64,000 nucleotides of DNA from an uncultured Armatimonadetes bacterium. Lineage in GTDB: Bacteria; Armatimonadota; UBA5829; DTJY01. The DNA is taken from positions 1,664,001-1,728,000 of the forward strand of contig OY970325.1 of NCBI GenBank assembly GCA_963717145.1. The letters are read 5' to 3'. Of the stretch, positions 30,474 to 37,736 are shown piece after piece. Within the stretch, counting starts at the first letter, position 1; every line of letters begins with the position of its first letter. The position numbers and the translations under genes were made by a program. The notes under the pieces were generated by a model. It did not search any database and was not told where the DNA came from. It saw only the letters and a list, made by a program, of their open reading frames with translations.

Positions 30474-31358
30474 ATGACCGAATCCATCGAAATAACCGCC
30501 AAGCTTGACACGGCCGACCTCGCGAAGGCGTGGGCCGAGAAGCAGGACCGCAAGCCGAAGCTCGTGCTCGACCTCGGTGTCGCCGCCCGGACCGACATGG
30601 GCCGGGTGCGCGAGAACAACGAGGACAAGTTCGACTTCTTCGAGCCGGATGAGCTTCCCGTGCTCGCGGTCAAGGGATCGTTTTTCGCGGTCGCGGACGG
30701 CATGGGCGGCCATGAGTCCGGCCAGGTCGCCAGTGAACTCGGCCTCAAGACAGTGCTGACCCAATACTACGCCGATCCGGACGAGGATGTCGAGAAGAGC
30801 CTTGCCGCAGCCCTCGTCGCCGCGAACTCCTACGTCTACGAGACCGCGCAAGTCATCCCCGGGCGGAGCGGTATGGGCACAACCTGCACCGCCGCAGTCT
30901 TTCGCGAGAATGAGCTTTTTGTCGGCCATGTCGGTGACAGCCGGGCCTATCTCATACGTAATGGAAGTATGAAGCAGGTGACGGAAGATCACTCGTGGGT
31001 CGCCGAGCAGGTCAAACGGGGCGCGATGACCGAGCAAGAGGCGTCCATGTCGCCATTCCGCAACGTGATCACGCGATCGCTCGGGGCAGCCCCGGATGTC
31101 GAACCGGATGTCTACCGCCGAGAACTCGAGATCGGCGACGTGCTTCTACTCTGCTCGGACGGCTTGACCGGCTATGTGGATGATCAGACGATTCTCGAGA
31201 CGGCGGGCTCCTTCGGGCCGTCGCTCGCGGCCCTGAAGCTCGTCCAGAAGGCGAACGAGAACGGCGGCGGCGATAACGTCACGGTCGTGATCGTCGCCGT
31301 CCGAGACATAGTCCGTCTCGGCCGCAAGAGCCGTCTGGGCAAGCTCCTGGGGGTTTAG
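30474..31358 (+). CDS. PP2C-family Ser/Thr phosphatase (Stp1/PrpC-like)
   Basis: RENNED, VADGMGG, GMGTT, HVGDSR, CSDGL, GGDNVT. Confidence 0.96.
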   Translation: MTESIEITAKLDTADLAKAWAEKQDRKPKLVLDLGVAARTDMGRVRENNEDKFDFFEPDELPVLAVKGSFFAVADGMGGHESGQVASELGLKTVLTQYYADPDEDVEKSLAAALVAANSYVYETAQVIPGRSGMGTTCTAAVFRENELFVGHVGDSRAYLIRNGSMKQVTEDHSWVAEQVKRGAMTEQEASMSPFRNVITRSLGAAPDVEPDVYRRELEIGDVLLLCSDGLTGYVDDQTILETAGSFGPSLAALKLVQKANENGGGDNVTVVIVAVRDIVRLGRKSRLGKLLGV

Positions 31359-31363
31359 TTGTT

Positions 31364-31467
31364 GTAGGAGGGATTTGTCGGGATGGTTTGTGCCCGACAA
31401 TCCCGATTGGCGTCGGGGGGTTGATCGGGATTGTCAGGCACAAACCATCCCGACAAATCCCTCCTAC
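31364..31467. repeat. GTAG-type REP palindrome family B, copy 2
   Basis: GTAGGAGGGATTTGTCGGGATG...CATCCCGACAAATCCCTCCTAC. Confidence 0.92.
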
Positions 31468-31477
31468 ATGCGGTAAC

Positions 31478-33163
31478 ATGTCAACAAACACACTCGGCAG
31501 ATATCAGATCATACGGGAGATCGGTCGGAGCAACGACATAGTGTACGAGGCGGTGGATCCCGGTATCAACCGCCGCGTTGCGCTTAAGGAGTTGTGCGTG
31601 CCGGGGAACCTTTCGGGCCAGCAGAGGCGCGAGAGGGTCGAGCGCTTCTACCGCGAGGCACGGGCCGCGGGATCGCTCGCCCACCCCAACATCGTCACCG
31701 TGTATGAAGCCGGCGAGGATCAGGGACGCCACTTCATCGCCATGGAGTTCCTGGAGGGGCAGTCCCTCCGCGACATCCTCGATATCGAAGGCAGCATGTC
31801 GGTCGATAAGGCGGTCGAGATCGCCCGCCAGGTCTGCAGCGGCCTGTCGTACGCCCACGCAAAGCATGTTGTCCATCGTGACATCAAGCCGGACAACATC
31901 CAGGTCCTCCCCGGCGGGCAGGTCAAGATCACCGACTTCGGGATCGCGCGCCTTATGGAAGAGCCCTCGCTGACCGCTGACGGACAGGTTTTCGGCACAC
32001 CGAGCTACATGTCGCCCGAGCAGGTCGCCGGACAGCCACTCGACTTGCGGACCGACCTGTTCTCCCTCGGCGTCATGCTGTTCGAGATGCTCACGGGCAA
32101 GAAGCCGTTCACCGGCGATACCGTGGTCACGATCACCTACAACATCATTAACCATCAGGTCATGATCCCGCCGTCCGTGCCTCCGTACATCGAGCGCGTC
32201 ATCCTCAAGGCGCTCTCGAAGGAGCCGAGCCAGCGATATGCCACCGCCGATGAGATGTTGGCGGACATGGACGCGAAGAGCTTCAACGGCCCGTTTCAGT
32301 CACAGCCGGACCCGTTCGGCGCGACGATGAGTTCGCCGGGGCCATTGTACGGACCGCAGCCACAGTATCCGGGACAGCAGCAGTATCCGGGGCAACCGGG
32401 ATATGGCGCACAGACTCCTCCCCCGCAACCGGTCGCCGATCCGTTTGGCGGGCTGCAGCCGGATGCATTCAGGCTACCGAAGATGCCGAAGACACCGGCC
32501 ATCTCTCAGGAGGCAAAGTACTTCCTGAAGGTGATGTTCGGGGTGATTCTGATCTGCGGCGCGCTGATCGGCTTCGTGTGGATGTTCAGTTCGGCATATC
32601 GGGGCTATCAGCATCAGGGGGGCGAGCAGCAGATCAACATCCACCTGGAGAATGGCAAGCGATACTTCGAGAATCAGAGCTACCAGGCGGCGATCGAGGA
32701 GTTCAACCAGGTCCTCAAGGTCGCCGTCGATCCGAAGCTCGTCAAGGTGACTCGCAGGAATGTCGCGGCGTGTTATCTGCAGATCGGCATCCAGAACGAG
32801 AACTCCGGACGGGCCTATGATGCCATCGGGAACTACAAACAGGCTATGCAATACGATCCCGCCTATGCCGATCCGTACCTGTTCCTCGGAAACGCGCTGG
32901 AGAAGATTAGCCAGAATGACGCCGCATTCGCCGCGTGGGAGAATGCATGGAAGGCCGAGCCCGGGAGTCAGGCTGCGACCACTGCGAAGGAGAATACGGC
33001 GACCCTGTACTGCAAGATCGGCGACCAGGCGTATGGAGGTGGCCGGAGCGACGAGGCCATTCAACATTGGCGCAAGGCGATGGAAACCGCCCCTGGGACG
33101 AAAGGAGCGATTGCCGCCCAGGAGCGAATCGAGCAAGCGACGGGCACCGGCCGCTCCAACTGA
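31478..33163 (+). CDS. Hanks-type Ser/Thr kinase with TM helix and C-terminal TPRs
   Basis: VALK, HRDIKPDN, DFG, GTPSYMSPEQ, Pro/Gln linker, TM VMFGVILICGALIGFVWMF, TPR-like helices. Confidence 0.96.
   Translation: MSTNTLGRYQIIREIGRSNDIVYEAVDPGINRRVALKELCVPGNLSGQQRRERVERFYREARAAGSLAHPNIVTVYEAGEDQGRHFIAMEFLEGQSLRDILDIEGSMSVDKAVEIARQVCSGLSYAHAKHVVHRDIKPDNIQVLPGGQVKITDFGIARLMEEPSLTADGQVFGTPSYMSPEQVAGQPLDLRTDLFSLGVMLFEMLTGKKPFTGDTVVTITYNIINHQVMIPPSVPPYIERVILKALSKEPSQRYATADEMLADMDAKSFNGPFQSQPDPFGATMSSPGPLYGPQPQYPGQQQYPGQPGYGAQTPPPQPVADPFGGLQPDAFRLPKMPKTPAISQEAKYFLKVMFGVILICGALIGFVWMFSSAYRGYQHQGGEQQINIHLENGKRYFENQSYQAAIEEFNQVLKVAVDPKLVKVTRRNVAACYLQIGIQNENSGRAYDAIGNYKQAMQYDPAYADPYLFLGNALEKISQNDAAFAAWENAWKAEPGSQAATTAKENTATLYCKIGDQAYGGGRSDEAIQHWRKAMETAPGTKGAIAAQERIEQATGTGRSN
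32357..32410 (+). repeat. Coding 18-bp tandem repeat (QPQYPG QQQYPG QPGYGA)
   Basis: Seen in the kinase juxtamembrane linker. Confidence 0.7.
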
Positions 33164-33182
33164 TTCGTACTCTCGACTTCTT

Positions 33183-33264
33183 CTCGCCATGTAGTGGCCG
33201 TGCCTCCGTGCCGGCCATCACGAGGCCCATGGCCGGCACGGAGGCACGGCCACTACATGGCGAG
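33183..33264. repeat. GTAG-type REP palindrome family A
   Basis: CTCGCCATGTAGTGGCCGTGCCTCCGTGCCGGCCAT...ATGGCCGGCACGGAGGCACGGCCACTACATGGCGAG between convergent genes. Confidence 0.92.
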
Positions 33265-33282
33265 GGCGGGGATCGGGAACGG

Positions 33283-34155
33283 TCATTCCTGATAGACGAA
33301 GGAGATGTACGCGCCGGCCGCGAGGACGAGGATCGCGCCGAGGAGTATCCGCAGGCTGAACGGGTCGCCGAACAGGAGGATCCCAGCCGTCGAGGAGTAC
33401 ACGACCGTCGTCATCTGGATGATCCCCGATTCCCCCGCCCCGGACCACCGCATCGCGTAGGTCATCGCCAACTGCCCGAATGTGCTCGATACCCCCATCA
33501 ACACCAGCAGCCACCAGCCGAACGCATCGGGCCAGACCGGGTGCTGTGCAAACATCGCGATCAACCCGGCGGTTGCACCGAATACGCACAGTGAGAAGAA
33601 GACCGACACGGCGGACTCCGTCTTCCTCAGCTCCCGGATGATCACGATCGCGACAGCCGAGGTGATCCCCGCGAAGAATCCATAGAAGTCACCCGCGCGC
33701 AACCCTCGGAGATCCGGTTGAGCGACCAGATAGAGGCCGAACAGGGCGACGACAACCATCACCGCCGTGCTGGGACGCAGTCGCTCCCGGATGAGGAGCG
33801 CTCCGAATAGCGGCGCATAGATGAAGTAGGAGTTCCCCAGGAAGACGCTGTTCGTCAGGGTAGTCGCACCCTCTCCCTTTGCGGCGGCAAGGCTGAGGAA
33901 GTACAGGAGTATCGCTATCCCGCCGAAGAAGCCTCTCGCGGCAAGTAGCCAGCGCCGGTCGAGCTTGATCTGAGCCCTCCCTGACTTGTGGAGAACACCC
34001 AGGACCGCCAGCCCAAACAGGAAGCGCACGAGCGTGGTCTCCGAGCCGGGGATATCGTGCAGGCCCGCCACTCGTACCGAAACAGCCATGACCGCGAAAC
34101 TCATCGACGACATGGTGAGCCAGAACGGACCGTTCGTTCGCAGTCCTCGGCGCAT
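33283..34155 (-). CDS. DMT/EamA family transporter
   Basis: About ten hydrophobic segments, LVRF, LIRERL, LLFGD motifs. Confidence 0.9.
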   Translation of the reverse strand: MRRGLRTNGPFWLTMSSMSFAVMAVSVRVAGLHDIPGSETTLVRFLFGLAVLGVLHKSGRAQIKLDRRWLLAARGFFGGIAILLYFLSLAAAKGEGATTLTNSVFLGNSYFIYAPLFGALLIRERLRPSTAVMVVVALFGLYLVAQPDLRGLRAGDFYGFFAGITSAVAIVIIRELRKTESAVSVFFSLCVFGATAGLIAMFAQHPVWPDAFGWWLLVLMGVSSTFGQLAMTYAMRWSGAGESGIIQMTTVVYSSTAGILLFGDPFSLRILLGAILVLAAGAYISFVYQE

Positions 34156-34237
34156 GGGTGTCCTAACTTGGTTGTCAGGTGCTCCTGCTTGCATGGGCCA
34201 TGATAGCATGGCCTTTCAAGCGGCGGCAAATCGTCTA

Positions 34238-34266
34238 TTGCCTGTCAGCCGGTCATCTGATATAAT
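34238..34266 (+). promoter_or_regulatory. Sigma70 promoter for the prepilin gene
   Basis: TTGCCT-N17-TATAAT with TG extension. Confidence 0.7.
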
Positions 34267-34312
34267 CCTCGGGCAATACGTTCTACTCTAACCCCTCAGG
34301 AGGACAAACGTC

Positions 34313-35059
34313 ATGCCCGCCGGCCGAAATCCCAACCGCACATCCGGTTTCACCATCATCGAATTGCTGGTGGTCATCGCCGTTATTGCCATACTGTCAG
34401 GCATTCTGCTCCCAATATTCCTCTCTGCCAAGGAATCTGTCCGTAACTCGCAATGCCAGGCGAACCTCAAGCAACTCTACGTCGCATTCGAGCTGTATGC
34501 CGACAATTGGAATGGCGTCTGGCCTGGCCCCGGCGGATACAAGGGCGACAACTGCTACTGGGCACAGGAGAGCGGAGGGGGCGTGGATGCGTACCTCAAG
34601 AACCAGGAGAAGGGCGGAGAGAGCGTCTTCTGCTGCCCATGCTACACAGGCGTATATGCCTCGCCATGGTCGCCACGGACCTATGGCATGAACTCGTTCC
34701 TGCGGACGATGCGGAAAACTTATTCTTACCCACAGTATCTGAAGTTCCCGGGGATCAGAGAGACTAGCATCCTGTACCCAGGCCGCACGATCCTGCTCTA
34801 TGAAGGCATGCCCGAGGATAAGACGAATACCAACGGCGAGGGATATGTGTATCGCTGCGGTGACTGGACACTGGTGCGAGGATATACCAAGTATAAGCAC
34901 TACCAGAAGTCAGATAGGCCCTGGCATCGCGGGCGGAACAACTACCTCTTCTGTGATGGACACATCGAATCACGTGTGCCGGAGGAATCTGGCGCCGAGT
35001 TGACCTCGCCGGACAATGACCTTTGGACCGTTCGTAAGGACAGATACCCTATGAGGTAA
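34313..35059 (+). CDS. Prepilin-type N-methylation protein with C-terminal H-X9-DG motif
   Basis: [17 protein letters not shown]...[21 protein letters not shown]. Confidence 0.94.
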   Translation: MPAGRNPNRTSGFTIIELLVVIAVIAILSGILLPIFLSAKESVRNSQCQANLKQLYVAFELYADNWNGVWPGPGGYKGDNCYWAQESGGGVDAYLKNQEKGGESVFCCPCYTGVYASPWSPRTYGMNSFLRTMRKTYSYPQYLKFPGIRETSILYPGRTILLYEGMPEDKTNTNGEGYVYRCGDWTLVRGYTKYKHYQKSDRPWHRGRNNYLFCDGHIESRVPEESGAELTSPDNDLWTVRKDRYPMR

Positions 35060-35067
35060 GCGGGCCG

Positions 35068-35547
35068 CTACATTCCGGCCACTCGGTCGAGAACGTCCTG
35101 CAGCTTCTGCCTGATCGCGGCCGCCAGGTCATACAGTTCCGAGCCGTCCACGAGCCTGAACTGCTCGATGGGATCGACCGCTGCGACCGCGGTACCCTCG
35201 GCTCGCTCGAAAACAACGACGTTGTGCGGCATCACAAGCCCTGCATCCATGTCGGCCATCAGCGCCTGCCGAGCGTAGGTCGGATGCCAGGCCTCGAGTA
35301 TGACGTACCTTGGAAACTGAACACTCGGATCGGCACGGAGTGCCTCGGCGACGTCGATCTCGCCCGCAATGTCGAACCCCTCGGCGTCAAGCGCCCGTCG
35401 GACCGCGCCCAGCGTCTCATCGAAGGGGGTGTCCATCCACATCTTGGTGCCGAACACCGACTCCTCGGGGGTGCATATGCTTGGTCCCTCTGCGACCTCG
35501 GTTATTCCAGATTCGCACTGCTCATCCACGGTGTGATCCTCCTGCAC
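35068..35547 (-). CDS. DUF302 domain protein
   Basis: EGFDIAGEIDV, YVILEAWHP, GLVMPHNVVV, AVDP pattern; the Cys residues usual in this family appear replaced by His. Confidence 0.8.
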   Translation of the reverse strand: MQEDHTVDEQCESGITEVAEGPSICTPEESVFGTKMWMDTPFDETLGAVRRALDAEGFDIAGEIDVAEALRADPSVQFPRYVILEAWHPTYARQALMADMDAGLVMPHNVVVFERAEGTAVAAVDPIEQFRLVDGSELYDLAAAIRQKLQDVLDRVAGM

Positions 35548-35623
35548 GTTTATATCGGGTTACCCTGAGGCCGAGGAGTTCAAACCGCGACTCCGGGTCA
35601 CCTCACCGACGGCGGCGACGATC

Positions 35624-36007
35624 CTACTCGAGATCTATCACCAGTTCGGGCAGTGAGCAGAGAGTCGCGTGGATGAGGCAACTGCCGGCAACCTTCTTGA
35701 CCGCCTGCCGACGGTTCTCGGGGATGCCCTTCGGCACTTTGACTTTGGCATGCAGGCGCCCGATCCGCATGGGGTCCTTCACGATATCCGAGGCGACATC
35801 GACCGTCATCCCCTCGCAGTCGATCCCGGCCTGTTCGCAGTACGCGGTCACGTACACGCCGATGCACGTCCCGAGCGAGGCCGCAAGAAGCTCGGGGGGC
35901 GTCATTGCCGTATCAGTGCCGCCCTTCTCAGGTGGCAGATCGGTCGTGATCTTGTGTCCGCGTGTCTCGGCGGTGAACTTGGTCCCGCCTTCGTAGGAAA
36001 TCTTCAT
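35624..36007 (-). CDS. OsmC/Ohr family protein
   Basis: GGTDTAMTPPELLAASLGTC ... CLIHATL. Confidence 0.92.
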   Translation of the reverse strand: MKISYEGGTKFTAETRGHKITTDLPPEKGGTDTAMTPPELLAASLGTCIGVYVTAYCEQAGIDCEGMTVDVASDIVKDPMRIGRLHAKVKVPKGIPENRRQAVKKVAGSCLIHATLCSLPELVIDLE

Positions 36008-36024
36008 GTGTGTCCTCCCTTTTC

Positions 36025-36134
36025 TGGAGTGCGGAAGCGGAGTCTCCTAGATCCTGAATCAAGTTCAGGATGACAACGGGCGCTGTCATCCTGAACTTGA
36101 TTCAGGATCTAGGAGACTCCGCTTCCGCACTCCA
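36025..36134. repeat. Perfect 51-bp-arm composite palindrome
   Basis: Outer TGGAGTGCGGAAGCGGAGTC arms (related to 46315) enclosing AGATCCTGAATCAAGTTCAGGATGACA arms; 8-nt loop. Confidence 0.93.
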
Positions 36135-36136
36135 TA

Positions 36137-36301
36137 TCAACCGGCCCGATCCAGGGCCAGCAGCAATCCGATGACGGCGCCGATTACGACGCTGACATAC
36201 GGATTGCAGACGAGCTTTCACCCGCCGCCCATCGATCGGCTGAGAAGGCTGAGCAGATAGCCCAACGCTCCGCCGATGACGATTCCCATTGCCATTTTCA
36301 T
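36137..36301 (-). CDS. Small two-TM protein (DUF6132-like) with in-frame TGA; candidate selenoprotein
   Basis: RBS GGAGTGAG; MKMAMGIVIGGALGYLLSLLSRSMGGG[TGA 36220-36218]KLVCNPYVSVVIGAVIGLLLALDRAG*; both halves are TM-like; not in the ORF track. Confidence 0.75.
36163..36207 (-). promoter_or_regulatory. Candidate bacterial SECIS hairpin
   Basis: mRNA GCAAUCCG/CGGAUUGC lower stem and GCGUC/GGCGC upper stem; apical GUAAUC begins 30 nt after the UGA. Confidence 0.55.
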
Positions 36302-36316
36302 ATACTCACTCCGTAA

Positions 36317-36353
36317 GAAAGCCGATGACCACCGGCTCATTGTCGGGGCTTTC
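36317..36353 (-). promoter_or_regulatory. Hairpin after the FmdB TGA: candidate SECIS or weak terminator
   Basis: GAAAGCC...AUGAGC-CGGUG-GUCAU...GGCUUUC; GGU-containing loop about 17 nt after the UGA. Confidence 0.45.
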
Positions 36354-36534
36354 ACCCGCTTGGCTTGCATCCGGCTTCGATGTACGCGCGAAGGGCTGCA
36401 AACGTCGACATCAGCCTATTTGTCTCCTTCGACCCGCATTTCGGACACTCCTTCACGTCCTTCGATTCGCTCAGCGGTTCCAGAATCGAGAACTTGTGTC
36501 CGCAGCTACTGCATTTGAACTCATGTATGGGCAT
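36352..36534 (-). CDS. FmdB family zinc-ribbon protein; possible Sec read-through to 36337
   Basis: MPIHEFKCSSCG...CPKCGS...RLMSTF; ends GCKPSG-TGA. Confidence 0.9.
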   Translation of the reverse strand: MPIHEFKCSSCGHKFSILEPLSESKDVKECPKCGSKETNRLMSTFAALRAYIEAGCKPSG

Positions 36535-36549
36535 GTGATTCACCTCTTG

Positions 36550-36810
36550 TCATGCAAGCTTGAGGAAGAGCTTCATCGCATCTTCCAGGGATTCTTCTTT
36601 ACCCGCTTTCTGTTCGAGGCATTCCGCCATGTGGCGGCTCAACATGAGAAAGCCAACTCGGTCGAGCGCGCCCCTGACGGCGGAGACCTGAGTGATGATC
36701 TCGGTGCAGTCGGACTGATCCTCGACCATCCGCTGGAGGCCGCGCACCTGCCCCTCGATCCTCCGCAGCCTGTTCAGAAGCTCCCGACACGTCTCGGATC
36801 TATCCTGCAT
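36550..36810 (-). CDS. csoR: CsoR/RcnR family metal- or sulfur-sensing repressor
   Basis: NRLRRIEGQVRGLQRM, DCTEIITQ, HMAEC (Cys-His-Cys ligand pattern). Confidence 0.9.
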   Translation of the reverse strand: MQDRSETCRELLNRLRRIEGQVRGLQRMVEDQSDCTEIITQVSAVRGALDRVGFLMLSRHMAECLEQKAGKEESLEDAMKLFLKLA

Positions 36811-36830
36811 CGTGTCACCTCGCAACGATT

Positions 36831-36846
36831 ATACCCCTGGGGGTAT
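36831..36846. promoter_or_regulatory. CsoR-type operator
   Basis: Palindrome ATACCCC-TG-GGGGTAT (C/G tract flanked by ATAC/GTAT) between the promoter and the csoR start. Confidence 0.85.
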
Positions 36847-36856
36847 CCTTGGAAAC

Positions 36857-36885
36857 ATTGTACTCGAGCATAGCCCGCCTGTCAA
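36857..36885 (-). promoter_or_regulatory. Sigma70 promoter of the csoR operon
   Basis: TTGACA(36885-36880)-N17-TACAAT(36862-36857). Confidence 0.8.
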
Positions 36886-36925
36886 GGGTTTTGTGATGCA
36901 ATCCAGGGGTCAGAGCGCCCGAACA

Positions 36926-37195
36926 TCACAATGCAGTGGCCAATCGTTCGTGGAGTTGTTCGTCAGTAAGGCCGTCGATCTCGAAGGTCTTCTGGCGGCT
37001 GGTATGGCCTGAGACCAGAGTGATCTGCGACTTCTTGATGCCGAGTTGGTCCGCGAGGAACTCGATGGCGGCCTTGTTCGCGGCGCCCTCGACCGGCGGC
37101 GCGGTGAGCTTGATACTCAGCACGCCGTCCTCCCACCCGGTGATCTGGCTGCGGGAACTGCGCGGGTTGATTCGGACTCGGAGCAGGGTCTTCAT
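36926..37195 (-). CDS. DUF167/YggU family protein
   Basis: LTAPPVEGAAN, GHTSRQK. Confidence 0.93.
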   Translation of the reverse strand: MKTLLRVRINPRSSRSQITGWEDGVLSIKLTAPPVEGAANKAAIEFLADQLGIKKSQITLVSGHTSRQKTFEIDGLTDEQLHERLATAL

Positions 37196-37210
37196 AGCAT
37201 GTGACAGGAC

Positions 37211-37315
37211 CAGATCGGGAGGGCGAGGCTCCGTCCGAGCCGGATGCTTCGGCAGCAGAACGAAGTGCCGCTACCGAAGCATCCGGCTCGGACGGAGCCT
37301 CGCCCTCCCGACCTG
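37211..37315. repeat. REP-like palindrome (GGGAGGGCGAGGCTCC...GGAGCCTCGCCCTCCC)
   Basis: About 40-bp near-perfect arms. Confidence 0.88.
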
Positions 37316-37316
37316 A

Positions 37317-37682
37317 TCACCTCTTCACCATCCTCTGATAGATGTCTTCCCAGCCCTCACCCTCGGGCCGGGGCTCGAAGTCTTCGAACTTGTCGCCGCG
37401 CAGGTGGAGAGTGCCTCGCTGACCCGTGCGCGAGGAGGCGTAGATCGCCTCGACGACCTCGAATTCCTGCTGGCGGCCATCGTACTCGATGGTCAGATAG
37501 TAACGGCCGCCCTGAGGGCTCTCATCTTTTCGCCGGTCCATGATTCCGGCCTGGATCTCCCGGAGCTTCTGGAGACGGTTGGCCTTCCATTCTCGATAGC
37601 CCCGCTGCCAGACGAGCGCGACCATTATCCACATCAGGATCGCATATATCGCGAGGGCAATACCTATTGTCAGGGGGCTCAT
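37317..37682 (-). CDS. Small membrane-anchored protein (DUF2500-like)
   Basis: N-terminal TM then YYLTIEY...EFEV...GQRGTL...G.KF. Confidence 0.65.
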   Translation of the reverse strand: MSPLTIGIALAIYAILMWIMVALVWQRGYREWKANRLQKLREIQAGIMDRRKDESPQGGRYYLTIEYDGRQQEFEVVEAIYASSRTGQRGTLHLRGDKFEDFEPRPEGEGWEDIYQRMVKR

Positions 37683-37704
37683 AACTCTATTCTCGCAGAA
37701 AAAA

Positions 37705-37733
37705 GGTCGGCACGGAGGCGCGGCCACTGCATG
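37705..37733. repeat. Degenerate half copy of REP family A
   Basis: GGTCGGCACGGAGGCGCGGCCACTGCATG. Confidence 0.65.
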
Positions 37734-37736
37734 TGA

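Noticed and set aside
28178-33163. Direct call as a TerY-P antiphage triad
   Set aside because: The vWA looks YfbK-like, the PP2C is Stp1-like and the kinase is a TM-TPR receptor with FHA partners; only a loose analogy is supported.
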